Origin: a virus
Lineage: Duplodnaviria; Caudoviricetes
Virus record (IMG/VR): IMGVR_UViG_3300025924_000024
Coordinates: 1,707 to 65,706 of that record
Reading direction: 5' to 3' (one strand)
DNA: 64,000 nt
In this document: positions 8,307 through 18,687 of the stretch, one piece after another
How the letters are laid out: the number at the start of each line of letters is the position of its first letter
How positions within the stretch are numbered: position 1 is the stretch's first letter
The notes under the pieces: generated by a model
What the model was told of the DNA's origin: nothing
Databases searched by the model: none
What the model saw: only the letters and a program-made list of their open reading frames with translations
Position numbers and translations under genes: made by a program

Positions 8307-11149
8307 TGTCAGCGGTGATCGGCGCACTCCGGGCAGAACTTTCCGCGTCGATCGCGCAATTCCAAAGTGACCTCGGCAAAGCGGCCGTGAGCCTTAAGGG
8401 TTTCGCGAAAGAGGCCGAGGCCATTGCCAGTGAGATCACCGCGGTCGGCACAAAGATGGCCATCGCCATCACCGGCCCGCTGCTGTTGCTCGCCAAGGCG
8501 TCGCTCGATCAGGCGGTCGAACTCAAGCAGGCGATGGCTCAGGTGGAGACCGCCATCCAATCGACGGGCGGCGTCGCGGGCAAGAACGCCGCTCAGCTGG
8601 AGGAAATGGCCCACCAGCTTGAGAACATTTCGACCTTCGACAAATCCGACATCCTCAAGGGCGTCACGTCTCACCTGCTCCAGTTCCGAAACGTGACCGG
8701 CGACGTTTTCGAGCAGGCGCAGAAACTCATCGTCGACTTCGCGGCGCGCACCGGAACAGACCTCGAGTCGGCGACGCTGAAATGGGGTCGCGCGCTCAAC
8801 GACCCCATCGGCGGCGTCAAGGCGCTCACCCGCGCCGGCGTACAGTTCACGACGCAACAGCAGGCGCAACTCAAGTCGCTCGTCCAAAACGGTCAGGGGC
8901 AAAAGGCGCAGCAACTCATCATCAAGCAGGGCATCGAGCTTTATGGCGGCGCGGCTCAGGCGCTGCGCGATGCCACGCCCACGGCCGCGCTCAACCAGTC
9001 GTGGCGCGACCTGAAAGAGACCATCGGCAACGAACTCCTGCCGCTGCTCAAGCCGCTGATCGATGACCTGCAGCACCTGATCGAGCAATTCCTGCAGCTG
9101 AGCCCGGCCATGCAGCAATCGATCATCAAGTGGGCAGCGATTGCGGCCGTGGCCGGCCCGGTGCTTTTGGTCTTCGGCGAGGTGCTCAAAACCATCGGCG
9201 AGGTCTCAAAGCTGTTCTCTACGCTCGGCGAATTGGTCGCTGGGATAGACTTTGCGCCGATCATTGAAGGGCTGGCGGCGCTGCTCGACCCGTTTGTCGC
9301 AATTGCCGTGGCAATCGGCGCGCTGATCCTGAGCGTGCCCGCGTGGCGCGATCAGATTCTCGGAGCGTTTTCCGCAATCTGGGACATGGCGAAGTCCTCA
9401 TTCGGCGACGCCTGGCAACAGCTCATGGCGGCGGTCGGCGATTCGATCACCCAGCTGGGCGCGGCGTTCAAGGAGGCGTGGGACGGTCCCATCGGCGACT
9501 TCTTCCGTTTTGTCGGCGGCGCGCTGGTCGAGTTCGTGACCGAGGTCGTGAGCACGTTCGGCGGCGTCATCATCGACGCGATTTCTGGCTTTATCATCTT
9601 CCTCGCGCGCTCTGTCGATTTCATCACCGACAGCCTCAAGCTGGTCGTCCACTTCCTGAGCGGCGATTTTTCGAAGGCGTGGCAAGACGCGGCGAACGTC
9701 GCGGCCGACTCCATGGCCACCATCGATCACGCCGCGAGAGTTCACACCCCGCCGCCGCCGAAGCCTCCGCCCCGGGTGACGAACACGTACACGCTTGCGC
9801 CTTACGTGCCGCCGACCGGCGGTGGTGGTGGCGGTGGCGGCGGTTTCGACCTGCACAACGCCGACACGCTCAAAAAGGTCGCCGAGGCCACAAAGGAGTT
9901 CGAGACCACCATCACGGCGATGGACCAGCGCATCCAGCACGGCCTTGATGACCTCGCGCTGCCAAAGTCCGTGGCCACCGCGAACGCGCTCTACGCGCAA
10001 ATCGACGACTTTGTGAAAAAGGCTAAGGACGCCGGCGTCAACACCGGCAAGTGGGCGACGCAGATTGCCGCGCTGCGCGCGCGTATCAGCACGCTCCAGA
10101 TCGCGGGCCTCGTGAAAGAGGCCCAGAAGTTCGGCGAGGAAGTGAACGCTGACGCGCTGGCTGTCGACAAATATGGCAAGGGCGGGCTCGACCCTCTGAC
10201 AGAAAGGCTGCAAGCGGTCGACGACCAGTATCGTCAGCTGCGTGACAAAATCCAAAACGACATCGATGCCAACGCCGCGCTCGCCGACCGCAATAAGGAT
10301 GCGGCCGACGCGATGGAGGTGCTCAAGAAAAAGCTGGCGGACCTCGAGAAGGCGCACAAGACGGCAACGGCTGCAGCCTATGCTCAGGTCGCCGCCGAGC
10401 AGGCGCTCGCTCACCTTCAGAGCCTCGGCGAACAGCTTTCGACCCGGCAAGACATCGAGACGTTCAAGCAGTCGCTCGGCCAGGGCAGCCCGATCTCGAG
10501 CGCGCAGGAGCAGCAACAGCAAATTGCGCGCGACCTCGCAAAGCAACAGAGCGACGGCGAGATCAAGCTGGCTGAACTCATTAAGCAGCGTCAGGAGATC
10601 GAGACCAGCGGAACCCAGCAGCAAAAAGACGACCTCGACGCCCAGATCAAGCTGCAGGAGGAACTTAACGGCCTCGTCAAAAACACGACGGCCGCGCAGC
10701 TTGATGGTCAGAAAAAGATCAACGACGCCTTTAGGAACTTCACGGATAGCCTCAGCAGCGACCTCTCGGACATGGTCACCACGGGCAAGTTCGATTTCCG
10801 CACGTTGCTCGGCGACTTCGAGAAGCTGGGCGAGAATCTGTTCGTCAAGCCGCTCATGGATCAGCTCACGAACGTGCTGGGCTCGTTCCTGAAAAGCCTG
10901 CTCAGTTCGTTCGCCGGCGGCTTCGCCGGCGGCGGCTGGATGCCTCCCGGATCTTGGGGCGTCGTCGGCGAGCAAGGGCCCGAACTCGCGTTCGCCGGCG
11001 CGCACGGCATGTACGTGCAATCGAACAAGGATAGCGGCGGCGCTGGCGGAGTGATCGTCAATCAGTACATTCAAACGCCGGACTATGGTGCATTCCGGGC
11101 AACGCGTCGGCAGCTGGCGCGTCAGGCAAAGCAGGCGATGGGCTCATGA
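8306..11149 (+). CDS. Tape measure protein
   Basis: 947 aa, helical and Ala/Gln-rich, with a hydrophobic mid-region and C-terminal FAGGG...GVVGEQGPE motif. Confidence 0.9.
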   Translation: MSAVIGALRAELSASIAQFQSDLGKAAVSLKGFAKEAEAIASEITAVGTKMAIAITGPLLLLAKASLDQAVELKQAMAQVETAIQSTGGVAGKNAAQLEEMAHQLENISTFDKSDILKGVTSHLLQFRNVTGDVFEQAQKLIVDFAARTGTDLESATLKWGRALNDPIGGVKALTRAGVQFTTQQQAQLKSLVQNGQGQKAQQLIIKQGIELYGGAAQALRDATPTAALNQSWRDLKETIGNELLPLLKPLIDDLQHLIEQFLQLSPAMQQSIIKWAAIAAVAGPVLLVFGEVLKTIGEVSKLFSTLGELVAGIDFAPIIEGLAALLDPFVAIAVAIGALILSVPAWRDQILGAFSAIWDMAKSSFGDAWQQLMAAVGDSITQLGAAFKEAWDGPIGDFFRFVGGALVEFVTEVVSTFGGVIIDAISGFIIFLARSVDFITDSLKLVVHFLSGDFSKAWQDAANVAADSMATIDHAARVHTPPPPKPPPRVTNTYTLAPYVPPTGGGGGGGGGFDLHNADTLKKVAEATKEFETTITAMDQRIQHGLDDLALPKSVATANALYAQIDDFVKKAKDAGVNTGKWATQIAALRARISTLQIAGLVKEAQKFGEEVNADALAVDKYGKGGLDPLTERLQAVDDQYRQLRDKIQNDIDANAALADRNKDAADAMEVLKKKLADLEKAHKTATAAAYAQVAAEQALAHLQSLGEQLSTRQDIETFKQSLGQGSPISSAQEQQQQIARDLAKQQSDGEIKLAELIKQRQEIETSGTQQQKDDLDAQIKLQEELNGLVKNTTAAQLDGQKKINDAFRNFTDSLSSDLSDMVTTGKFDFRTLLGDFEKLGENLFVKPLMDQLTNVLGSFLKSLLSSFAGGFAGGGWMPPGSWGVVGEQGPELAFAGAHGMYVQSNKDSGGAGGVIVNQYIQTPDYGAFRATRRQLARQAKQAMGS

Positions 11150-11853
11150 GCGACGACTTCGAGGACGTCTATCTGCCGCCGAGCCTTGCGCGCATCGCCT
11201 TCACGTCATCGCCGCGGACGTCGACGACGATCACGGCCGTGGCCTCAGGCGCCGAGCAGCGCAACAAGAACTGGAAACACCCGCTGCGGCGCTTCGTGGC
11301 CCCCGGCGCGATCGACTGCGACGAGAAGATCGAAGACCTCAAGGACCATTTTCTCGCGCTCGGCGGTCCCTTCATCCTTTTTCCGCTTCGCGACCCGCTC
11401 GACTTCGCGTCTCGCCGGCTGCCGAAGGCCAATGTCGCGCCGGTCGTCGGGCCAACCGATCAGTTCTTTGGCGAGGGCGACGGTCTCAACCCGCGCTTTC
11501 CGCTCAAGAAGAGCTATGAGCGCGGGACGCGGACCTATGTTCGAAACATCACCCTGCCCATCGTCGACTCGGTGCTTGTGGCCATGAACGCGCTCCCGCC
11601 CGGCACCGCAGACCCGACGCTGCCCGGCGGGCCTTACAGCTTTTCGGTCGACCGCATCACGGGCGTGGTGACATTCGACCCGCCGCCGGCGAACGGAATC
11701 CTGCTCACCGCAGGATATTTGTTCGACGTGCCGGTGAGATTTGAGGCCGACGACATTTTCGACCAGATTGTGTCGTCCTATCAGGTGCGCGAGCAGGCCG
11801 ACCTCAGTTTCGTAGAGGTCCGCTTTCCGTGCCGCAACGGAGACTCGGGATGA
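11146..11853 (+). CDS. GTA-like distal tail protein (DUF2460/TIGR02217-like)
   Basis: SGAEQRNKNWKHPLRRF, FPLRDPLDF, GVVTFDPPP...LTAGYLFDVPVRFE. Confidence 0.85.
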   Translation: MSDDFEDVYLPPSLARIAFTSSPRTSTTITAVASGAEQRNKNWKHPLRRFVAPGAIDCDEKIEDLKDHFLALGGPFILFPLRDPLDFASRRLPKANVAPVVGPTDQFFGEGDGLNPRFPLKKSYERGTRTYVRNITLPIVDSVLVAMNALPPGTADPTLPGGPYSFSVDRITGVVTFDPPPANGILLTAGYLFDVPVRFEADDIFDQIVSSYQVREQADLSFVEVRFPCRNGDSG

Positions 11854-12896
11854 TCCTTTGGGCTGACAGCTTCGACCACTACGGCGACACCGAGTCGAAC
11901 ATGACCGACGGGCCGTGGGCGGAGATCTTCGCCGACATCAGCACCGAGCACCCGCGCACGGGCGCGCGCGGACTCAGGCTCGGCGCCAGCGGCTCGGCGA
12001 TCGCCCGGCGCGTCTTTGGCGGCAACAAGACGGTCGCGGGCGTCGGCATGGCGCTCTATATGCCAGCGCTGCCGACCGTGAACGGCGGCATGGTGCCCAT
12101 CCAGTTCATGGATGACGCGAACGCCGCTCAGGTCCGCGTGGTCGTCGAATCGACCGGCGCAATTTCGGTTTATCTCGGGCCCTTTTCATTCGGCAACATG
12201 CCGGTGGCCACGTCCACCGAACTTGCGACGACGAACGGTCAGAATCATCTCGAGGCCAAATGCGCGTGCGATGCCTCGACGGGCTCGGTCGAGGTCCGCC
12301 TCAATGGCGTCACGGTCTGCAATGTCTCCGGTATCAACACGGACATGTCCGGCCATGGAAACATCGCGCAGTACGCCTCGACAAACTCTTTCAACCGTGG
12401 GGCTGACAGCCAGTGGTTCATCGACGACGTGATCGCTTGGGACGGCAGCGGCACCTATAACAACGACTTCGTGGGCGACAAAAAAGTGTTCACCGATTTC
12501 CCTGACGCCGACACCGCCGATATCGACTGGACGCCGTCGACCGGGACCTCGCGCTTCGCGATGGTCGATGACCCAGATCCTGATGGCGACGGCACCTATG
12601 ACGAGGCGGACGACGTCAACGACGTGATGGGCGTGACCTATCCCGACGTCGACCCGGCGGTACTCACGATCGCCGCGCTGATCTTCCTCCACAAAACGAA
12701 GAAGACCGACGCCGGCACATCGAACGTCCAGCAGTCGGTGATCTCAGGCTCGGATCAGACCGATGGCGATGACCGGCCGATGACGACCGCGTATATCGTT
12801 TATCAGGACGTGATCGAGACCGACCCGGCGACGAGCGCCCCGTGGATGCCCGCGGCGGCGAGCGCCGCGGCTCAGAACCTCACCCGCACCGCCTGA
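11850..12896 (+). CDS. Virion structural protein (beta-rich, possibly lectin-like tail component)
   Basis: Acidic, Gly/Thr-rich, inside the baseplate cluster; start ATG 11850. Confidence 0.55.
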   Translation: MILWADSFDHYGDTESNMTDGPWAEIFADISTEHPRTGARGLRLGASGSAIARRVFGGNKTVAGVGMALYMPALPTVNGGMVPIQFMDDANAAQVRVVVESTGAISVYLGPFSFGNMPVATSTELATTNGQNHLEAKCACDASTGSVEVRLNGVTVCNVSGINTDMSGHGNIAQYASTNSFNRGADSQWFIDDVIAWDGSGTYNNDFVGDKKVFTDFPDADTADIDWTPSTGTSRFAMVDDPDPDGDGTYDEADDVNDVMGVTYPDVDPAVLTIAALIFLHKTKKTDAGTSNVQQSVISGSDQTDGDDRPMTTAYIVYQDVIETDPATSAPWMPAAASAAAQNLTRTA

Positions 12897-12906
12897 GGAG
12901 GGCGCC

Positions 12907-13326
12907 ATGGCATCGCTGATCTTTAATTCGTGGATGGATGACGTTTCGAACGGCAACGTCAAAGCGACCGACACCTTTTACGGCATGCTCGTCGACTCGA
13001 CCTACACGCCGAACAAAGACACCCACACAAAGCGCTCGGACGTGACGGGCGAGATCGCGGGCACCGGCTACACCGCCGGCGGTGCCGTGACCGCGTGCAC
13101 GCCGTCGCTGGACACGTCAGTCGATCAAGAGCTCTGGACGTTCGCGGACATCGCTTGGGCGGCTGCAACCATCACGAACGCGCGCGCGGTCGTCGTCTAC
13201 AAGCACCGCGGCGGTGCGGCCTCGGCCGATGAACTCGTTTTCTATGGTGATTTCGGCGCCAATCAATCGAGCGTGGCAGCGACGTTCACGGCGCACTTCA
13301 CGAGCGCGCTTATCATCCAGAACTGA
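12907..13326 (+). CDS. Minor tail/virion protein
   Basis: EIAGTGYTAGG...FADIAW..ATIT.AR..VVY pattern, common in phage tail modules. Confidence 0.6.
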   Translation: MASLIFNSWMDDVSNGNVKATDTFYGMLVDSTYTPNKDTHTKRSDVTGEIAGTGYTAGGAVTACTPSLDTSVDQELWTFADIAWAAATITNARAVVVYKHRGGAASADELVFYGDFGANQSSVAATFTAHFTSALIIQN

Positions 13327-13337
13327 GGGCGCCGCTC

Positions 13338-15179
13338 ATGGCCCTCGCCGTCGTCCAGTCGTGCTATACGCGCACCGTCTTCGTGAACCACACGGTCACG
13401 TTCCCGGCGCCTGTGACGCCCGGCAACCTCATCCTGCTCTTCTGCAACAATCTCATTCTTTCGATTCTCAACCAGCCGGACTGGACGCCAGTCAACCCGG
13501 CGGACACCGACGGCTTCTTCCTCGCCTATCGCTACGCTCAGGCCGGCGACGGCACGACCCCGCCGCCCTTCTGGCTGGACACGAGCAATATCAGCGCGGC
13601 GGAAGCGGTTGAGATCAGCGGCGTTACCGGCATCTTCGCTTCGGATTTTGAAGGCTATGTCCGCTCGAGTTCGACCCCCGTCACGGGCAACCCGACCGTA
13701 AACCCGAACGCGCTCGCGTTCTGCGCGTCCGGCCAGGGCTCGGGCTTTGGCGCGTACACGGTCGGCGCTGGCTTCACGAACTTGCAGACCAGCGGCACCG
13801 AAAGCATGTCGCTCGATTATGCGGCCGTCCCTGTTGCCGGCACCTCGCCGACCGATGCGCCGAACTGGTCGGCCGGCGGCACCGCCGGGCATTGGGTGAT
13901 GGCGATCGTCGGCAGGTCGTCAGGCTCGCCCGGCGAGGGCGACACCGTTCCCGGCACCGTCACGCTCACCGCGCCCGGTGTCGAGGCTCAGGTGCCCGGC
14001 CAGGGCAGCACAGCCCCGGGCACCGTCACGCTGACGCCGCCGGCCGTCGTCGCTGAGCTGGTCTACGACGCGCCCATCGGCACCGTCAGCCTCAGGGCGC
14101 CGCGTGTGCGCGCCCATATCGAGACCGGCGTCGGCGATGCGCGCGTGACGCAGGCCGCGCGCCTGACGCTCGGGGTCGGTGCCCCGACTCCCCGGGCGAC
14201 GCAAGCCGTGCGCCTCGCCATCGCTGAGATCATCGCCCAGCCTCGAGTCACGCAATGCGTCCGGCTGACGATTGCCCCGGCAATCCCATGCACCACGAAA
14301 TGGTGCCAGTGCTGGCGAATCCAGCGCCGCGACGGCGTGACCTTGCGCTTCACGTCTCTGGACGAGGATTTTCTGTGGGGAAACCTGCTCTACAAAAGCT
14401 GCGACAGCCTCAACCCGTCAGCTGCGGAATCGGCGTCGACCGTGGGCCAGGTCGGAAATATCGAACTGCAGGGCGTCATTTCGTCAGACGATATCACCGA
14501 GGCGGATCTGTACGGCGGTCTCTACGATGACGCCTTCGTGGAGGTCTGGATTGTGCCTTACGAGGACACCGCCGGCGAAGTGCCGCGCCGTCTTGCGGCC
14601 GGCTGGACGGGCAACCTCTCGCACTCCGAGGCCGGGTTTAACATGGAGGTGATCGGGCCCGGCGCGCGGCTCGACCAGCAGGCGCTCACCCAGCAGGTCA
14701 CGCCGACATGCCGCTGGGTGTTCGGCGACAATCACTGCACGAAAGACGCCGAGGCCCTCAAGAAGCAGGGCTTCGTCATGAACAGCACCCGGGACCGCGG
14801 CACCTTTACGGCCGCGATCTCCGAGGGCTCCGAGGGCGCTGGCGATATCTCCGATGGCGACCTTGCCTCAGGCGAAGGCGGCGGCGGTGGCGTCACGCCC
14901 GGGCTGCAATGGGCCAACGGGCGCGTGCGCTGGACGAGCGGCCGCAATCTGTCTCAGGTCTGCGAGGTCAAGAGCGTCGACTTCGACACTGGCACCATCG
15001 TGCTCTGGGCGCTGCCGGCGTTCCTGCCTGAGCCCGGCGACGCCTTCGATCTCCTGCCTGGCTGCGACAACAGCGCCGTGACCTGCAAAGAGGTCTACGG
15101 GAATTATTTGAACTTCGGCGGCTTCAGGGACGTGCCGGGCCAGGACTCGATCAACCAGACCCCCGATGCAAAATACTGA
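13338..15179 (+). CDS. GTA-like baseplate hub (DUF2163/TIGR02218-like) with a ~300-aa N-terminal extension
   Basis: C-half CWRIQRRDGVTLRFTSLD...CRWVFGDNHC...GD.F.LLPGCD...C...YGNYLNFGGF..VPG; N-half is an extra S/T/P/G-rich domain plus repeats. Confidence 0.8.
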   Translation: MALAVVQSCYTRTVFVNHTVTFPAPVTPGNLILLFCNNLILSILNQPDWTPVNPADTDGFFLAYRYAQAGDGTTPPPFWLDTSNISAAEAVEISGVTGIFASDFEGYVRSSSTPVTGNPTVNPNALAFCASGQGSGFGAYTVGAGFTNLQTSGTESMSLDYAAVPVAGTSPTDAPNWSAGGTAGHWVMAIVGRSSGSPGEGDTVPGTVTLTAPGVEAQVPGQGSTAPGTVTLTPPAVVAELVYDAPIGTVSLRAPRVRAHIETGVGDARVTQAARLTLGVGAPTPRATQAVRLAIAEIIAQPRVTQCVRLTIAPAIPCTTKWCQCWRIQRRDGVTLRFTSLDEDFLWGNLLYKSCDSLNPSAAESASTVGQVGNIELQGVISSDDITEADLYGGLYDDAFVEVWIVPYEDTAGEVPRRLAAGWTGNLSHSEAGFNMEVIGPGARLDQQALTQQVTPTCRWVFGDNHCTKDAEALKKQGFVMNSTRDRGTFTAAISEGSEGAGDISDGDLASGEGGGGGVTPGLQWANGRVRWTSGRNLSQVCEVKSVDFDTGTIVLWALPAFLPEPGDAFDLLPGCDNSAVTCKEVYGNYLNFGGFRDVPGQDSINQTPDAKY

Positions 15180-15621
15180 GCGCGCGCGCGTCGTCAGCGT
15201 CGGCCGGGAATGGCTGAGGACGCCTTACGCTCACCAGCACCGCGCGAAAGGAATCGGCGCCGATTGCGCCGGGCTCGTGCACGGCGTCGGCACCGAGGCG
15301 CGCGTGCTCAAGGTCAGCCCGGAAGCGCTCGCGCCGTTCCTGCGCTACTCGTCGACGCCGAATCCCAATTTCCTGCGCCGCTACCTCGAGACGTTTTACG
15401 TGCGCTCAGCGGTGCCGGCCGATCAGATTGCGCCTGACGGCTCGATAGCGTGGATGGCCTGGCGTCAAAATCTGCCGATGCACCTTGCGCTGGTCGCGAC
15501 GGCCTTCGGGCGCCGGACGATCATCCACTCGTGCGAGCCTTTCGGCATGTGCGTCGAGCACACACTTGACGAGCAGTGGCGTTCCAAGGTGCAAAGCTGG
15601 TGGGACTATCCCGGCGGGTGA
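15166..15621 (+). CDS. Tail-associated NlpC/P60 peptidase (TIGR02219-like)
   Basis: WLRTPYAHQ...GADCAGLV, HLALV, IIHS. Confidence 0.85.
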   Translation: MQNTERARVVSVGREWLRTPYAHQHRAKGIGADCAGLVHGVGTEARVLKVSPEALAPFLRYSSTPNPNFLRRYLETFYVRSAVPADQIAPDGSIAWMAWRQNLPMHLALVATAFGRRTIIHSCEPFGMCVEHTLDEQWRSKVQSWWDYPGG

Positions 15622-15622
15622 C

Positions 15623-18031
15623 ATGGCTGTTCTTGCGTTGGGTTTCATTGGCGCCGCTCTTGGCGCCGACATCGGCGGCACCATCTTGGGCGTCGCGGCT
15701 GCCACCATCGGCCAGGCGATCGGCGCGGCCATCGGCGGTCTGATCGATAACATCCTGTTCGCGCAGAAGCAGCAAGGACCGCGGCTCAACGATCTCAGCG
15801 TGACGACCTCAACCTATGGGACGACAATCCCGCTGCCGTATGGCCCTGAGAATCGCTACGCCTGCAATGTCATCTGGTCGACGGGACTAGTTGAGCATTC
15901 CCACGACGAGGGCGGCAAGTTCGGTTTCGGCGGCACCGAGCTCTATACCTACACGGTCAGCTTCGCGGTGCTGCTCGCCGGCCGGCCGATCAAGGGCGTC
16001 TCGAAAATCTGGGCGAATGGCAAGGTCGTCTACGACGCCACGAACGGCGGTGGCTCAGGCTCGGAAAGTCAGCACGGCGACGACGGGATCATTGGCGGCG
16101 TCGGCGACTTCCTCCAGCAGTTCGGCGTGACGCACATCGGATTCGAGTCGATGGCGGTCTATCGCGGGACGTTCGATCAGATGCCGGACCCGACGATCGA
16201 GGCGCACCTCGGCGTGGGCAACGTGTCCGGCTATCGCGGCTCGGCTTATGTCGTCATCAAGAACCTGCAGCTGGCGGATTACGGCAACCGCCTTCCGAAC
16301 ATCGAGTTTCTCGTCGTGGCCGATGACACGATCAGCGTCGGCGCCGTGTGCCTCGATCTCGTCGGGCGCTGCGGGATAGACACGAACAGCGTGGGCACGT
16401 CGGACCTCGACATGACCCTGCGCGGCTATGTGATCGGCACGGACTCGTCTGGCACGGCCGCGCTGCAGCCGCTCAGCCTCGTCTACGATTTCGACTGCGC
16501 TGAGGTCGCCGGCGGCTTGCGCATACTTTCGCGAGACAGCGCAATCCGCGGCATCGTGCCGACGCAAGATCTCGGTGGCCACGCGATCACCGATGACAGG
16601 CCGGTGGCGATCACATGGACGCGCGCGCCCATCACCACGAATCCGAAAGCGGCGACGGTCAGTTTCAAGGACCCCGGCCGCGACTATCAGTCGAATTCCC
16701 AGATGGCTCAGCGCGCGGCCGGATCTGCGAACAACAACCTCGCAGCCGATTTGCCGCTCACGCTCGACGTTGACACCGGCAGGCAGGTTGCCGACCGCAT
16801 GCTCTGGGAGGCGTGGACCGGCTTTCAGACCGCGACCGCCAGCACAGATGACCGCTGGTCTGTGCTCGAAGCCGGGCAGCGCTATCTGTTCGAGACGCCG
16901 GCGGGCCTCGAGCCGCTGAGGATCACGCGGCGCACGCGCGGCGCCAACGGCGTCATCGACCTTGAGCTAAAACGCGACCGCTCTGAGGTCTATCAATCGA
17001 CCGCGTCAGGCGCCGCGGCCGACACGCCGCCGAACACGCTAAAGCTGCCCGGCCCGACAGAACTCATCCTGCTCGATATCCCGATCATGCAGGACGCCGA
17101 CGACAACTCCGGGTTCTATTTCGGAGTGGTCGGCTCCGGTGATGGCTGGCGCGGTGCTGACGTGTTGCGCTCGCTCACGCCGACCGGCGAATTCGACGAG
17201 GTCGCGCCGCTCGGGCTGCAGGCGCGCGTCGGCGCGATCACCGGCACCGTCCCGGCTGGCACGACCGATGGCTATGACGACGTGACGACGATCACGGTCA
17301 CCCTGCGGCATGATAACCAGACGCTGACGTCGGTCAGCGATGACGAACTCGAGAACAACTTTGCGAACGTCGCGTTCTTGGGCGACGAGGGCGACACAAC
17401 GCAGGGTGAGGTCATCCAATATGGCGTCGCCACGCTGCTCGCGCCGGGTGTCTATCAGCTCAGCCACCTGCGCCGCGGTCGCTTTGGCACCGAATTCGCG
17501 GCGCCGCTTCACGCGCCCGGCGAGATCTTCGTGGGGCTCGACAAGGGCATTTTCTTCCGGGTCGATTTCGGCGTGCCGGATCTCAACCAGGAGCGCTGGC
17601 TCAAGGGCGTCAGCCTGCCGCTGCCTCAGGCCGACGTCGACGCCATCGCTTTCACGAATACCGGCGTGGGCCTGCGGCCTTACAGCCCGGTCGATCTTCG
17701 CGTCGACGATCACTCCGAGGGCTTCCTGACCTCGGGCGAAAGCGGCACCGGCGGCGGCGGTGATCTCACGCTCGGATGGACGCGGCGCTCACGCCTGCAA
17801 TCCGGCGTGCTGGGTGAGGCCACCGAACTCTACACCGTGCGAATCCTCGACGCGCTGGGCGCGGTCAAGCGTGAGGCGACCTCGACTGTCGAAAGCTTCA
17901 TCTACACCGCAGCAATGCAGGCCGCGGATTTCGGCGGCACCGTCGCTCACCTTCGCTGGCGCGTTGCTCAGGTTTCGGCGGTCTACGGGAACGGCATCTT
18001 CGCGGAATTTGATGGGCCCGTGGGCCCCTGA
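15623..18031 (+). CDS. Central tail / host-specificity protein (GTA megatron-like, shortened)
   Basis: GPRLNDL.V.TSTYG..IP..YG, GYRGSAYVV...L.L.DYGNRLPN, LS.LRRGRFGTE. Start ATG 15623. Confidence 0.85.
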   Translation: MAVLALGFIGAALGADIGGTILGVAAATIGQAIGAAIGGLIDNILFAQKQQGPRLNDLSVTTSTYGTTIPLPYGPENRYACNVIWSTGLVEHSHDEGGKFGFGGTELYTYTVSFAVLLAGRPIKGVSKIWANGKVVYDATNGGGSGSESQHGDDGIIGGVGDFLQQFGVTHIGFESMAVYRGTFDQMPDPTIEAHLGVGNVSGYRGSAYVVIKNLQLADYGNRLPNIEFLVVADDTISVGAVCLDLVGRCGIDTNSVGTSDLDMTLRGYVIGTDSSGTAALQPLSLVYDFDCAEVAGGLRILSRDSAIRGIVPTQDLGGHAITDDRPVAITWTRAPITTNPKAATVSFKDPGRDYQSNSQMAQRAAGSANNNLAADLPLTLDVDTGRQVADRMLWEAWTGFQTATASTDDRWSVLEAGQRYLFETPAGLEPLRITRRTRGANGVIDLELKRDRSEVYQSTASGAAADTPPNTLKLPGPTELILLDIPIMQDADDNSGFYFGVVGSGDGWRGADVLRSLTPTGEFDEVAPLGLQARVGAITGTVPAGTTDGYDDVTTITVTLRHDNQTLTSVSDDELENNFANVAFLGDEGDTTQGEVIQYGVATLLAPGVYQLSHLRRGRFGTEFAAPLHAPGEIFVGLDKGIFFRVDFGVPDLNQERWLKGVSLPLPQADVDAIAFTNTGVGLRPYSPVDLRVDDHSEGFLTSGESGTGGGGDLTLGWTRRSRLQSGVLGEATELYTVRILDALGAVKREATSTVESFIYTAAMQAADFGGTVAHLRWRVAQVSAVYGNGIFAEFDGPVGP

Positions 18032-18066
18032 TATAGCGCGAGGTCTCAACCAGGAGACCCGACCCC

Positions 18067-18621
18067 ATGACGCTGCCCGCAAAGTTTCAGTACGTGACAA
18101 AGCTGCTCGAAAAGGCCGGCGGCAAACCCCGTCAGGTCGAGGTCGCGGTGAGCGTGTTCGGCACGCATGAGGCACCGGGCAGCGGCGACAATCCCGACAT
18201 CCTTGGCTGGGCTGGCGAACTCGGAGTGGCCGACGTCTACAAGCACGACGCCGTGCCGTGGTGCGGACTGGCGATGGGCTTTTTCATTTCGCGCGCGGGC
18301 TTCAAGCCGCCGAAGGGTTACCTAATGCTGCGCGCTCTTGAGTGGGCGAACTTCGGCGACCCGATCAGTCAAACCGGCGCGATGTTCGGCGACGTCCTCG
18401 TCTTTCACAGGACCGGCGGCGGTCACGTCGGGCTTTATGTCGGCGAGAGCGCGAACGCCTTTGCCGTGCTCGGCGGCAACGAGGGCGACGCGGTCTCGAT
18501 CGTCTACATCGAGAAGGACCGGCTATCGGCGGTGCGGCGCCCGCCCTATGGCGAAACGCTGCCGAACGTCATCAAAATCCCGCTGACCGCTGCCGGCACC
18601 GTCTCGACGAACGAAGCCTGA
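18067..18621 (+). CDS. Endolysin candidate, TIGR02594-family peptidoglycan hydrolase
   Basis: PWCGLAM, GDVLVF.R.GGGHVGLYVGE, VLGGNEGDAVS. Confidence 0.8.
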   Translation: MTLPAKFQYVTKLLEKAGGKPRQVEVAVSVFGTHEAPGSGDNPDILGWAGELGVADVYKHDAVPWCGLAMGFFISRAGFKPPKGYLMLRALEWANFGDPISQTGAMFGDVLVFHRTGGGHVGLYVGESANAFAVLGGNEGDAVSIVYIEKDRLSAVRRPPYGETLPNVIKIPLTAAGTVSTNEA

Positions 18622-18687
18622 CCCGTAGCGTGCAACCCGGTCGAGGGTGTAAGGCTGGGGGCCTCTCTCAAACGGAGGAATCCCAAA

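Noticed and set aside
9818-9845. GGT/GGC run
   Set aside because: Encodes a poly-Gly linker in the tape measure; not a regulatory repeat.
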